Assembly (NCBI GenBank): GCA_002400495.2
Contig: NVQL02000076.1
Location: forward strand, 8,722-72,721
Length of the DNA: 64,000 nucleotides
Origin: Alphaproteobacteria bacterium
GTDB lineage: Bacteria > Pseudomonadota > Alphaproteobacteria > Rhizobiales > OSC116
Direction of reading: 5' to 3'
The position numbers and the translations under genes were made by a program. Positions 1-10,137 of the stretch are shown piece by piece (the stretch's first letter is position 1; each line of letters begins with the position of its first letter). The notes beneath the pieces were generated by a model. The model searched no databases and was not told where the DNA came from. It saw only the letters and a program-made list of their open reading frames with translations.

Positions 1-1
1 A

Positions 2-187
2 CTAGACCCTGTAGAATTGCATTGGCAAATATCCGCATTGAGTTTTTTTAACGTGTCAAACAAACCAACTTTTTCGGCACTATTTGATAGTGAACTTTAT
101 TCGGATGAGGGGCAGCGGACACTTCGCGATCACGCTGTTGAAATGATATTGCTATATGTCAGCCATAAACAAGGAACGCAAAAATGA
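2..187 (+). CDS. TetR-family regulator, C-terminal part (truncated by window start)
   Basis: My translation of frame 2 gives LDPVELHWQISALSFFNVSNKPTFSALF...RDHAVEMILLYV, resembling the NicS/RutR-like TetR C-terminal domain; its TGA overlaps the next ATG (ATGA). Confidence 0.7.
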   Translation, partial: LDPVELHWQISALSFFNVSNKPTFSALFDSELYSDEGQRTLRDHAVEMILLYVSHKQGTQK

Positions 188-1113
188 TGAATCCAGAACT
201 GAAACCTTTTCTAAAACGCTGGGATGAGGAATGGGCAAGCCTTAAAATGGGTGCAACGCCCGCAGATCGACGCGCGCATTTTGAAATTTCTGCTCGTAAT
301 ATGCGCCTTCCTACACCAGAGGATGTTGATACAAGTGTTGAATATTGGATCGATAGCCCAAATGAACAGGTGCGTGTGCGCGTATTCCGGCACAATAGTG
401 AAGGAAAACAACCATGTTTGATTTACATGCATGGTGGTGCATTTATGCAGGGATCTCCAGAGACACATTGGGATATAACCTCGCGCATTGCTTCATGGAA
501 TCAACAAACTGTTATAAGCGTGGATTATGCTAAGGCGCCTGAAAAACCTTATCCGAGGGCGATTGACCAAGTAGGTGCGGTTGTTCATTGGGTAAATGAT
601 AATGCAGAAAAACTAAATATTGACCCTGCCAAAATCTCAATTGGTGGCGATAGTGCGGGCGGAAATTTAGCGGCCGCCGCCACTTTGGATACTCGAGGTG
701 ATGTTACTTTGATTGCCCAATTACTTATATATCCGGCTTGTGATTACGATCGGTCAAGACCATCGTATTTGGAAAACCCTAATGGTCCCATTGTAACTGT
801 TGCGGGAATGGCAGCTGTAGATGCAAATTATTGCCCTAATCTAAGTGACAGATTAAGCCCTAGATCAGCACCATTGTTAGCAAAAAGCCATGCTGGTTTG
901 CCACCAGCATTTGTTGCGGTAGCCGAATGCGACCCGCTACGTGATAGTGGTATTGTATATGCTGAGGCGCTAGAGTCAGCAGGGGTTTCTGTCGAACTTG
1001 ACACTGGTGATGGTCTGATTCACGGGTATTTGCGTTCTCTAGATTATTGCGAAGACGCGAATGCCAAGCTTAAAAAAATGGCTGCTTGGTTAAAACAGCT
1101 AAACGACTTGTAA
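184..1113 (+). CDS. Alpha/beta hydrolase, HSL-family esterase/lipase
   Basis: HGGA oxyanion motif, GDSAGG nucleophile elbow, DPLRD and HG catalytic motifs. Confidence 0.9.
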   Translation: MMNPELKPFLKRWDEEWASLKMGATPADRRAHFEISARNMRLPTPEDVDTSVEYWIDSPNEQVRVRVFRHNSEGKQPCLIYMHGGAFMQGSPETHWDITSRIASWNQQTVISVDYAKAPEKPYPRAIDQVGAVVHWVNDNAEKLNIDPAKISIGGDSAGGNLAAAATLDTRGDVTLIAQLLIYPACDYDRSRPSYLENPNGPIVTVAGMAAVDANYCPNLSDRLSPRSAPLLAKSHAGLPPAFVAVAECDPLRDSGIVYAEALESAGVSVELDTGDGLIHGYLRSLDYCEDANAKLKKMAAWLKQLNDL

Positions 1114-1123
1114 ACATAAGAAT

Positions 1124-1150
1124 CTGGCAAGCCTGTCATTGGCTTGCCAG
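1124..1150 (+). other. Intergenic hairpin (mRNA stabiliser or weak terminator)
   Basis: CTGGCAAGCC-7 nt-GGCTTGCCAG perfect 10-bp stem, no U tract. Confidence 0.5.
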
Positions 1151-1166
1151 CCGAAGGAAATATTCT

Positions 1167-2060
1167 GTGATTAATGAATTAAACACCCCAAATATCGAAT
1201 GCGTGGTTTCAGGAAATGATCAATTAGGGGAGACGCCCTTGTGGTGTGACCAAACTCAAAAATTGTGGTGGTTAGATATAGAGAAACCAAAATTGCAGTC
1301 TTTTGACCCCGAAACTGGGAAACATGATTATTTAGCCATGCCAGGAACTTATTTAGGCTCTCAAGCTTTGACAAATTCGGGTGATCACTTGGTGGCCATT
1401 GACTTGGATTTACACTTTTTAAATTTCAAAACGGGTGAAACCAAACCATTTGTTCAAGTTGAGTCTGGTTTTGATAACCGGCTTAATGATGGTCGTGTTG
1501 ATAGTAGAGGACGACTTTGGATTGGGACAATGGATAACCAATATATCCGCCCGAACGGGGGGCTATATAGGGTTGATCCTGATGGCACAGTGACCAAAAT
1601 GTTGGAAGGCATAAATGTCAGTAATGGCATTGCGTTTTCGCCCAACAATGATAAGTTCTATTTTACTGACACTCGCCGTTATCAAACATGGGTTTTTGAT
1701 TTTGATATCGATGAAGGTGTGTTATCTAACCAACGTTTATTTGCAGATTATAGCCAAACAGGAGACCGTCCTGATGGCGCATGTGTTGATGTAGACGGTT
1801 GTTTGTGGACAGCTTTTTTTGCAGGTTCTCGGATTGTTCGTTATCGGCCTGATGGTGAGATCGATAGGATGATTACCTTACCCGTCAGTAATCCGACTTG
1901 TATTTGTTTCGGTGGTCGGGATTTAACAACACTGTACATTTCGACTGCTTCAAAATTTCTGTCAGATGATCAGTTGAAAACTGAACCATTGGCAGGTGCT
2001 CTTTTGGCCATTCACGGATTGGGGCAGGGGCTTGCGGAACACAGATTTGATAGGCATTAG
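1167..2060 (+). CDS. SMP-30/gluconolactonase family protein
   Basis: LGETPLW, NRLNDGRVD, SNGIAFSP and PDGACVD motifs; start moved to the in-frame GTG at 1167. Confidence 0.9.
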   Translation: MINELNTPNIECVVSGNDQLGETPLWCDQTQKLWWLDIEKPKLQSFDPETGKHDYLAMPGTYLGSQALTNSGDHLVAIDLDLHFLNFKTGETKPFVQVESGFDNRLNDGRVDSRGRLWIGTMDNQYIRPNGGLYRVDPDGTVTKMLEGINVSNGIAFSPNNDKFYFTDTRRYQTWVFDFDIDEGVLSNQRLFADYSQTGDRPDGACVDVDGCLWTAFFAGSRIVRYRPDGEIDRMITLPVSNPTCICFGGRDLTTLYISTASKFLSDDQLKTEPLAGALLAIHGLGQGLAEHRFDRH

Positions 2061-2226
2061 TCGGAAGTTTTTTAACTCGAACATTTTGAGTGATTTTAAA
2101 TCAACATTATATATAAATCAATAATACAGCAATAAAGTAGCAGCTGTGGAGCCATTTTTCTCTTGGCCAAAGCCAATGTATTGGTTTGACTGTAGCAGGT
2201 CATTCAATTATTTAAACTAAGTTGTC

Positions 2227-3108
2227 GTGCATATGAATGTAAATTTTTCAAAACCTAGCAATACCAACGGAATTATTTTTGTTATAGCTGCCACTTTTTT
2301 CTTCGCGTTGGGCGATGTTGCTACCAAATATCTTGCAACTAGATATCCTGTTGAGGTTATACTTGCTGTAAGATATGTTCTTAATTTTGGGCTCATTTTT
2401 GTTTTCTTTTATCCTCGAATGAAATCAAGAATTTGGGCTATAAATAGAAGATGGCTTGTATTTTCTCGCGGCCTGTGTTTGGCTATGGCGTCACTTACTC
2501 TGGCTTTGGCCTTACGTGTCATGCCGGTGGGCGAAACAATAGCAATTATTTATCTCGCACCTTTTCTGGTCATGTTGCTGTCACCCTCCTTATTAGGTGA
2601 GAAAGTTCACAAAGGAGTGTGGATTTGGGCCATTGCTGGTTTTATAGGGGTTATCATAATTCTTCGCCCGGGCGCAGGATTGGATCCGATTGGCATTGCG
2701 CTTGCTTTGGCTAATGCAGGTCTTGGGACAGTATATCACCTGCTTACTCGCTTGCTTTCACGAACTGAGAATTCAGTACCATTGCTGTTCCATTCTGCTT
2801 GGGTCGGGTCGGTCATATTTGTGTTATGGAGTATGCCTTTATTGCCCACGCTTCACATCGAAATGGTGGATTTGTGGGTAATGTTGGGCCTTGGTGCAAC
2901 ATATTCTATCGGACATTATCTGTTTACAGTCGCTTATCGAGTTGCACCGCCTGCAATTTTAGCTCCGATCAATTATGTGCATTTGATTTGGGCAGGGGGG
3001 CTGAGCTTTTTTGTGTTCGGAAACCTGCCTGGTATTATCGGGTTGATTGGAATTGGCCTAGTTGGGTTTTCTGGGGTGGCCATTGCAATTGTTACTAGAT
3101 CAAAATAA
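2227..3108 (+). CDS. DMT/EamA-family transporter
   Basis: About 10 hydrophobic segments with LLGEKV and IILRPG motifs. Confidence 0.88.
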   Translation: MHMNVNFSKPSNTNGIIFVIAATFFFALGDVATKYLATRYPVEVILAVRYVLNFGLIFVFFYPRMKSRIWAINRRWLVFSRGLCLAMASLTLALALRVMPVGETIAIIYLAPFLVMLLSPSLLGEKVHKGVWIWAIAGFIGVIIILRPGAGLDPIGIALALANAGLGTVYHLLTRLLSRTENSVPLLFHSAWVGSVIFVLWSMPLLPTLHIEMVDLWVMLGLGATYSIGHYLFTVAYRVAPPAILAPINYVHLIWAGGLSFFVFGNLPGIIGLIGIGLVGFSGVAIAIVTRSK

Positions 3109-3346
3109 TTTTTACTGCGGTGTAAACATATTGGGACTGCGGGTTATTTCTCTGTACTTTCTTTTACAAGGGGAGATGTTTTATGAAACGGGATAAAAAG
3201 TGATTAATCGTAACTTGCATACAGTTTGCCATCTAGGTCGCTTAGTGCATGCTGCACTAGATCTTCGGAATGTCGTATAGTCTAAGAGACAGATTCAATA
3301 AAAATGTTAAAATTTGATGACTGCACCATTTGTACATGAGATTTAA

Positions 3347-3745
3347 TTGCCCCATGATCTAGAAATAGTGAAATATTTACTAACTTGCATGAACTCAAAT
3401 GAGATTTGCAAATTATCGCATGTCATCGCGCCAGATATTGAAATTATAGACCCTATTTTTAAAAAGAAAACATTCGAAGAATATGCAAAACATTTGGCGG
3501 GAATGGTTCAACACGTAGAATCAAAGCTTCTCAATATTCAAAAAATCGGCGGTGTTTATCAAGTGAATATGACTTTTACAATAATAGACAATTCAGACTC
3601 ATATCACTCCAAATTTGACGCTACTTTTCATTTTACAATTGCCAAGCAAATGGTCATTAAATCTGAATTGGTCAGGACGGCCACAAAAGAAGATTACAAA
3701 TATTTTAGGAAATTTGCAAATTTTTATAGTAAAATCAAAATTTAG
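3347..3745 (+). CDS. Hypothetical protein, possible SnoaL/NTF2-like fold
   Basis: 132-aa AT-rich ORF; IAPDIEIIDP resembles the NTF2-like DxxxxDP pattern; start uncertain. Confidence 0.45.
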   Translation: MPHDLEIVKYLLTCMNSNEICKLSHVIAPDIEIIDPIFKKKTFEEYAKHLAGMVQHVESKLLNIQKIGGVYQVNMTFTIIDNSDSYHSKFDATFHFTIAKQMVIKSELVRTATKEDYKYFRKFANFYSKIKI

Positions 3746-4228
3746 AATCAAAAAGGAAAAGGTGACGCCTTTGGCTAAACTTGAAGGAGATGTTTTTGTT
3801 AGGCCTCCTCATTTGAAGGGGCTTTGTCTCTTGTTTAGAATACAAGCCATGCATTATAATCTAAAATGTAAACATGTCCTGGTTCAAGGTGTAATTTAGA
3901 GTTTATTGTTCCAAATATTGGACACCATTCGCGAACTAAGGCAAAACATTTTTATTGGTTGAAAATCCATATGAAATGGAGAAGAATAAGTTTAATCAAA
4001 TTGGGTCTGATTAGGTCTTGAATATTCGGGTTTTAATTTATATAAGTAATTGATTTTGATAGGGAAAATGAATAGATCAAGCGGACTTTAAATAGCTGGT
4101 TTTAGCTGCTAAATTACGATCTTTTTTGCCCTTCACCCGCTCCAATTTTTCTGATTAATATTATTGAATCAATAATTTAGATTTTTTTGGCCCGAAAAAA
4201 AACTTTTTGAAATTGGCGCGGACCAAAA

Positions 4229-4557
4229 CTACCACTCGATTTTGCCCAAACTGGCCATCGTATCTGTCGATAATGACCACCTTTCTACCCCTTTGTATAG
4301 ACCTCAGAAGTCTTCGCTTGAGTGTGTCCATGGATGGCCATAATTTGGTATTGAGTACACCCTGCTTGGGCCAATAAATGACCTGCTGCTTTTCGGATTC
4401 CATGACTGGATAAATTGTAGAATCCAGCTTGATCACAGCACTTGCTAAATAGTTGTCCAAGAGCGTCGGATGTTCTATAAAATTTACCGTAAGCCGATAT
4501 AATGTAAGGCGATTCAGATTTTGCAGTTGCCCGAGTTGTATTGATCAATGAAAGCAA
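4229..4557 (-). pseudogene. Tyrosine recombinase/integrase C-terminal remnant, frameshifted
   Basis: SSHGIRKAAG...IMAIHGH...SEVYT carries the H-x-x-R, H and Y catalytic motifs. The N-terminus is absent. Restoring one G in AAGGGGTAG extends the frame to KGVERWSLSTDTMASLGKIEW*. Confidence 0.85.
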
Positions 4558-4903
4558 TATTAGTCCAATATGCTATGAAAAACTAATGGCTTAAGAAACA
4601 GGTCGTGTCCACTTTTATCAAACAAGTCCAAGTTGGCGAAAAGGGTATTATGCTGAGGTCTCATAACCAAATGAAATACCAAACTTGAGAGAAAAGATTA
4701 AGGCCAAAACAATACAAATGAAGGTTGCGATATCAAATTAATGCTGCATAATTAAACAATAGAGATCAACAAAACTCTGGCTTAATTCAAACAACTATTT
4801 GTCTCAATGCATTTGGAGACGGATGGGTGAATTTTTAGAGCTATGAGTATACCGGTGAAAAATATTTATGACCCTATTTGAGAAGAATTAATTGTAGGAG
4901 CGA

Positions 4904-5947
4904 GTGATGTCGGAACTTGAACTTAAAAAAATCGAAATTATGGCGCGTGAGGTGACGGTCAAGGAGAAGGAACTTGATCACAAAATATCTGCCGCTGATA
5001 AAAGCGCCTGGCGATCGCCTCTAGTTGTGGCTGTTCTTGCGGCCACATTGGCCGCGTTTAGTAATGCTGCTATCACCTATTATAGTTCTCACCTAGATCG
5101 TGAGGCTGCTGCCACCAAATTTGAAAGGGACAATAAGCTAGCTGAAAGTGCCGCCGAACGTGAGCGGATTCTAGAAATGATCAAAATTGGCGAACCTGAA
5201 CAGGTTCAGCGAAATTTGCAATTTCTTGTTGATACTGAGCTTGTTAAAGCCCCCGCGACAGTGGCAAGCCTACAAAATTACTACAAAGATAGAGAGCCCG
5301 GTACTGGTCCAGGTACCTCGCAAACTCAGCTAACCGATAGTGGAGGCTACAGCAGAAGGCAATTGTTTAAAAGTGGCACCACACTTACCTATGCATTTAT
5401 GGAAAAGCCATCTGCCGCCATGTTGGAAGCCGTCGGAGAAGCGGCAAATGAATGGATGCAGCATGCGAATATTCGGCTCGCTTTCATACAAAACGCAAAC
5501 GATGCGATCATCCGAATTATGCCGTCGCGTACTAGAAATGCATCAATGATCGGCAGGAGTGCTCTGAATGCATCGGCCGATAAACCGACAATGTGGTTGT
5601 TCGAACATCCATCTTTTGGCACAAGTGAGAAGGCAGTCATTCTTCACGAATTCGGCCATGCGCTAGGATTTGTACATGAACATCAAAATCCTTCTAGTGA
5701 AATTCCTGAGGATGTTAAGAAGGCTTACGAGTATTACGTAAAAATGTCCCCGAGGAATATGTATCTTCTCAATAAGAGCAATGTTTATCCTTGCATTCGT
5801 GATTTCGATCCAATTTCCATCATGATATCCACAATACCTTCTGAGTTTACTGTTGGTAAAGTCAAGTTCGGTGGAGCTACCGCACTCTCTGAATCTGATA
5901 AGCTATGCATTGCGCAAATGTATCCAAATCATACAGCTGAGGAATGA
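4904..5947 (+). CDS. Metzincin (M12/astacin-like) zinc metallopeptidase with N-terminal TM segment
   Basis: HEFGHALGFVHEH zinc motif, DPISIM Met-turn, LSESD tail; hydrophobic PLVVAVLAATLAAFS segment; AGGAG RBS. Confidence 0.85.
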   Translation: MMSELELKKIEIMAREVTVKEKELDHKISAADKSAWRSPLVVAVLAATLAAFSNAAITYYSSHLDREAAATKFERDNKLAESAAERERILEMIKIGEPEQVQRNLQFLVDTELVKAPATVASLQNYYKDREPGTGPGTSQTQLTDSGGYSRRQLFKSGTTLTYAFMEKPSAAMLEAVGEAANEWMQHANIRLAFIQNANDAIIRIMPSRTRNASMIGRSALNASADKPTMWLFEHPSFGTSEKAVILHEFGHALGFVHEHQNPSSEIPEDVKKAYEYYVKMSPRNMYLLNKSNVYPCIRDFDPISIMISTIPSEFTVGKVKFGGATALSESDKLCIAQMYPNHTAEE

Positions 5948-6710
5948 TGAAACTCATACGTTTTCTGTTGTCGGAAATTTCAGCCCTTTTAGGCGCACTT
6001 CGCCTCGCTTATAGTCAAGCTCATATAAGTTGATTAAACTGATAATATAACATATTCATTAGATTTTCGTCATAAAGTTCTGTCTGTTCGTGAGAAGGAC
6101 GGGCTTGCAATTTCCGAGGTTGCTTTGCGTTTTTATATTGGTTTAGCCAATGTGACTTCGTGAATGGAACAAAATAAAAAACCCACATGAACGGAACCGT
6201 AAGTAATGAAGAGATGGTGGATTTTTTATTTTAATTGTAAAAAAACATGAAATTTAGATACAAAGGCCAGAATAATATTTCCGAATAATTACACAAACAG
6301 TCGATGAAATTTCCTAGTTAATTATATTTAGCTGTCCATCTTCGAATGCTTTGAGATAAATCGGTGATTGAACTAAGCTAGAGCTTGGACTTGCCTGATG
6401 AAAGAGGGCACAACTCGTTTCTTAACCCACTAATTTTTCATAGCGCATTGGGTTGGCATTGCTGCTTCCTGTTTTTTTGTTTCAATTCACTGAAAACCTG
6501 GTTTTCCAAGGAAGCTGCTTTCGAAGCACTTAATCCGCGATGATTAATTTTAACGTTGTAGAAGCTGTATTTCAGCATCTTGAGCGGAATAAACAAAGTA
6601 GATTTTATACAAATGAAAATATATATTGACAATTGTACGGTAATGATGAAAATTATAAATAATTTGTTAGGGTTATTTTTTACCAATATTGTAAATTAAG
6701 TGAAATTTAT

Positions 6711-7544
6711 ATGCAGCAAGGTTTTTTTGACAAAGTAGAAAAATCGGTGGCGAGTATCCACGGGTATAGCACGCTTGTTCCTGAGATTGCGATTGTCACT
6801 GGCACTGGGCTTGGCTCGGTATTGGACGAGATTGAAATTGAAATTGAAATTGCTTATGGTGATATTGAGGGCTTTCCAGTTAGTACGGCGCCAAGTCATG
6901 CGGGTAAATTGATTTTAGGTCGGTTGCACGGATATCGTGTGGTGGCTTTGAGCGGTCGGTTTCATGCTTATGAGGGTTGGTCTGATGATGAGCTGGTTTT
7001 GCCGATTTATGTGTTAAAAATGCTGGGTGCGGATAGATTGATTGTGACCAATGCGGCTGGCGGGTTAAACCCGAATTTTAGTGTGCCAAGTGTTATGTTA
7101 ATTGAAGATCACTTGTCGTTTTTGGGGGTGTTTCCTTTGGCGGGGCCAAATGATGATCGGCTTGGGGTTCGGTTTCCGGATATGAGCCGTGCTTATGATC
7201 TTGATATGAGACATGCAGCCTTGGAGATTGCCGAAAAAGCTGATATTAAAATGGAAACAGGCACTTATATTGCGTGGCATGGGCCTGCGTTAGAGACAAA
7301 TGCTGAACGTAAATTTTGCCGTATGGCTGGTGGGGATGCGGTTGGTATGTCTACAGTTTTGGAAGTGGTTGCTGCCAATCATGCTGGCATTAAAGTGTTG
7401 GGATTTTCGGTCATCGCCAATGCCGCTACGGGCGGGGATGAGCAGCAAGTGGATACGCTTGAAGATATTTTAGTGGGGGTTGATTTGGTGGCTGGAAAAA
7501 TAGGCTACGTTATTGGTCAATTATTGAAAGAGAAGAGAATTTAA
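6711..7544 (+). CDS. Purine-nucleoside phosphorylase (trimeric, PunA/XapA-like)
   Basis: GTGLG, GRFHAYEG, TNAAGG, GPALET and VGMST motifs. Confidence 0.92.
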   Translation: MQQGFFDKVEKSVASIHGYSTLVPEIAIVTGTGLGSVLDEIEIEIEIAYGDIEGFPVSTAPSHAGKLILGRLHGYRVVALSGRFHAYEGWSDDELVLPIYVLKMLGADRLIVTNAAGGLNPNFSVPSVMLIEDHLSFLGVFPLAGPNDDRLGVRFPDMSRAYDLDMRHAALEIAEKADIKMETGTYIAWHGPALETNAERKFCRMAGGDAVGMSTVLEVVAANHAGIKVLGFSVIANAATGGDEQQVDTLEDILVGVDLVAGKIGYVIGQLLKEKRI

Positions 7545-7574
7545 AAAATAGGCAAATACCCGGAGGGAAAAGCC

Positions 7575-8585
7575 ATGAATATGTTTAAGAAAATATTGTC
7601 AACAGCTGTCGTTAGTCTCTGTTTGACGACAGCCGCTACTGCGGCAGAAAAGTCATTTTACTATATTTCGCCCAACCCAATTGGGGTGAATGCATTTTTG
7701 CAAATGGGTGAAGTTGGTATTAAATCTGCGGCCGCACAAAATGATGCTATTGCCAAAATTGTTGAAAGTGATACGCCGCAATCGCGGTTAGAAAATATTA
7801 GTGCAGCGGCCAATGATGGTGCTGATATTGTGGTGGTCTTAGGCTTCGCATTTAATGATATTCTTGAAGAGGTGGCGCCGTTATATCCTGATACGCAATT
7901 TTTAATTGTTGACCAATGTATTTGGGTTGATCGTCCTGAAAACGTGAGTTGTGCTGTGTTCCGCGAGCATGAAGCTTCGTTCTTAATGGGTGCGATTGCT
8001 GGCTTGAATACCAAGAATAATAAAATTGGCGCCGTGTCCGCGATGGACATTCCATTCTTGCATAGATATACAGATTCTTTTGCTGAAGGCGCTAAATATG
8101 TGAACTCAGATGTTGAATTTGAGGTGCGGTATGTTGGTGGGCAAAACCCATTCCAAGACCCAGTTCGTGCCAAAGAAATGGCAATTTCGCTAGCAGCTAG
8201 TGGTGTTGATACATTGTTTGCGGTCACTGCAGGTGGTGATTTTGGTATTTTTGAAGCAGCAGCTGAAAATGGCTTTAAAGTTTTATCGGTTGATGTGAAC
8301 CATTGCCCTGCGGCAGAAGGTCATATCATTGAAGGCACATTGAAGCATGTTGATGCGGTGATTGAGACTTCAATTGAGCGTATTTTGGCTGGCGAAACTA
8401 GTTTTGTTGCTAGCTACGGCCTTAAAGAAGGCGGCATGGGTGCGCAAATATTAAGAAGCGATGCTGAGCTTGCTGATAGTAAATGCCTGGTTGCAGATCA
8501 AGCTGATACGATTAAGGCAGTGCGGGCGATTGCGGCTGAGATTATTGATGGCTCGTTGGTTATCAAAGATCCGATGGCGAATTGA
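7575..8585 (+). CDS. BMP-family (nucleoside) ABC substrate-binding protein
   Basis: Signal peptide; FREHEASFLMGAIAG, FQDP and LKHVD motifs. Confidence 0.9.
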   Translation: MNMFKKILSTAVVSLCLTTAATAAEKSFYYISPNPIGVNAFLQMGEVGIKSAAAQNDAIAKIVESDTPQSRLENISAAANDGADIVVVLGFAFNDILEEVAPLYPDTQFLIVDQCIWVDRPENVSCAVFREHEASFLMGAIAGLNTKNNKIGAVSAMDIPFLHRYTDSFAEGAKYVNSDVEFEVRYVGGQNPFQDPVRAKEMAISLAASGVDTLFAVTAGGDFGIFEAAAENGFKVLSVDVNHCPAAEGHIIEGTLKHVDAVIETSIERILAGETSFVASYGLKEGGMGAQILRSDAELADSKCLVADQADTIKAVRAIAAEIIDGSLVIKDPMAN

Positions 8586-8592
8586 TCCAAAC

Positions 8593-10137
8593 ATGACGAG
8601 GATTGGTTTAAACAAAACTGAGGACAGCAAAGCAGTTTGCTGTCTTTTTAATGTCTGCAAATCGTTTGGCGCTGTGCAAGCGCTTCATCACGTGTCGCTT
8701 GAAATTAGGCGCGGTGAAACCTTGGCGATTGTTGGTGAAAATGGTGCGGGCAAAACCACTTTAATGAATATATTATTTGGTTTAATGGCGCCTGATGAAG
8801 GTAGTATTTCGCTTGATGGCCAAGAGGTTGTGTTTAAAAATGCAGCGCAGGCGATTGATGCTGGGATTGGTATGGTTCATCAACATTTCATGCTTTATCC
8901 GAACCTGACTGTTTTGGAGAATATTCTAATTGGCGCTGAAGGCAAAACGCGGTTTGGTCTGTTGGATTTTGAAAAAAGGCGGACGGAAATTTTAGCGCTG
9001 ATTGATGAATTCGAATTTAAATTGGCGGTTGATAAAAAGGTGTCGGAATTATCGCTCGATGCGCAACAGCAGCTAGAAATTATTAAAATATTATACCGTG
9101 GGTCGCAGATTATTATCTTGGATGAACCGACGGCTATTTTGATTCCTAAAGAAATTGAAGCTTTGTTTAATGTGATTAAGCGCTTAACCGATGAAGGTAA
9201 GTCGGTGATTATTGTCACTCATAAATTAGGTGAAGTGATGGAAAATGCTGATCGGGTGGTCGTGATGCGCAGTGGCGAGGTGGTTGATACGTTATTGATC
9301 AGCCAAACCAGTCAAGCCGAATTGGCAAAATTAATGGTGGGTAGAGAGATTGAACCGCTCAAGAAGATTGCATTCATTAAAGATGATGTGGTGCTTGAAG
9401 TGAACGGTTTGACGGTGCAAGGGACTGGTAAAGTGGCTATGCTTGACAATATATCTTTGCAAATAAAATCGGGTGAGATATTGGGCATTGCGGGTGTTTC
9501 GGGCAGTGGACAAAAGCAATTGGTGGAGGCGTTGGTTGGCTTGCGCAACCCAGATGGCGGTGAGATTTTGTTGGATGGGGTTAACGTGAATTCCAAATCA
9601 GTTAGGCAACGGCGGGATGTTGGGCTGGCGTATATTGCCGAAGATAGAATGATGGTGGGCTTGGCTGTGGATGCATCTGTTGCTGAAAACGCCATAGCAG
9701 GACGTGAGGCGAGTGGTCAATTTACTAAATATGGGCTGTTTAATTTCCAGAAAATTAGAGAATTCACTCGGGATTTAATTGAGCGATTTGACATTCGAAC
9801 CACGGGTTCTGCGCAAATTGTGGATGACCTTTCGGGCGGTAACAAACAGAAAATAATTGTTGCGCGGGAACTGAATGGATCGCCGCGGCTTATCATTGCA
9901 GAAAACCCGTGTTGGGGTGTTGATATTGGCGCGATTAGTTTTATTCAGCGGCAATTGTTAGACTGCGCTAAGGATGGCGCAGCGGTATTATTGATCAGCA
10001 CAGAGTTGGAAGAATTATTTGATTTAAGTGATCGATTGTCGGTTTTTTACGAAGGTCGGATTAGTGCTACATTTACGAGGGCAGAATTGGATATCGGCCG
10101 CGTCGGCGAAGCTATGGCGGGAGGGGAGGCGGCATGA
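8593..10137 (+). CDS. Nucleoside ABC transporter ATP-binding protein (two ABC domains)
   Basis: GENGAGKT, GMVHQHF, LDEPTA, LSGGNKQK; start moved to ATG 8593. Confidence 0.92.
   Translation: MTRIGLNKTEDSKAVCCLFNVCKSFGAVQALHHVSLEIRRGETLAIVGENGAGKTTLMNILFGLMAPDEGSISLDGQEVVFKNAAQAIDAGIGMVHQHFMLYPNLTVLENILIGAEGKTRFGLLDFEKRRTEILALIDEFEFKLAVDKKVSELSLDAQQQLEIIKILYRGSQIIILDEPTAILIPKEIEALFNVIKRLTDEGKSVIIVTHKLGEVMENADRVVVMRSGEVVDTLLISQTSQAELAKLMVGREIEPLKKIAFIKDDVVLEVNGLTVQGTGKVAMLDNISLQIKSGEILGIAGVSGSGQKQLVEALVGLRNPDGGEILLDGVNVNSKSVRQRRDVGLAYIAEDRMMVGLAVDASVAENAIAGREASGQFTKYGLFNFQKIREFTRDLIERFDIRTTGSAQIVDDLSGGNKQKIIVARELNGSPRLIIAENPCWGVDIGAISFIQRQLLDCAKDGAAVLLISTELEELFDLSDRLSVFYEGRISATFTRAELDIGRVGEAMAGGEAA

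Noticed and set aside
4040-4100. Possible tRNA fragment/att site downstream of the integrase remnant
   Set aside because: Only a short GCGGACTTTAAA resemblance; no cloverleaf and no second copy.
5947-6033. 28-aa ORF overlapping the peptidase stop (TGATG)
   Set aside because: Too short, with no motif; cannot be supported without ribosome profiling or homologs.
6438-6686. 82-aa AT-rich minus-strand ORF
   Set aside because: Low-complexity translation of the PNP promoter region; no family features.
6828-6852. GAAATT tandem repeat
   Set aside because: An in-frame hexamer encoding EIEIEIEI within PNP; no frameshifting potential.
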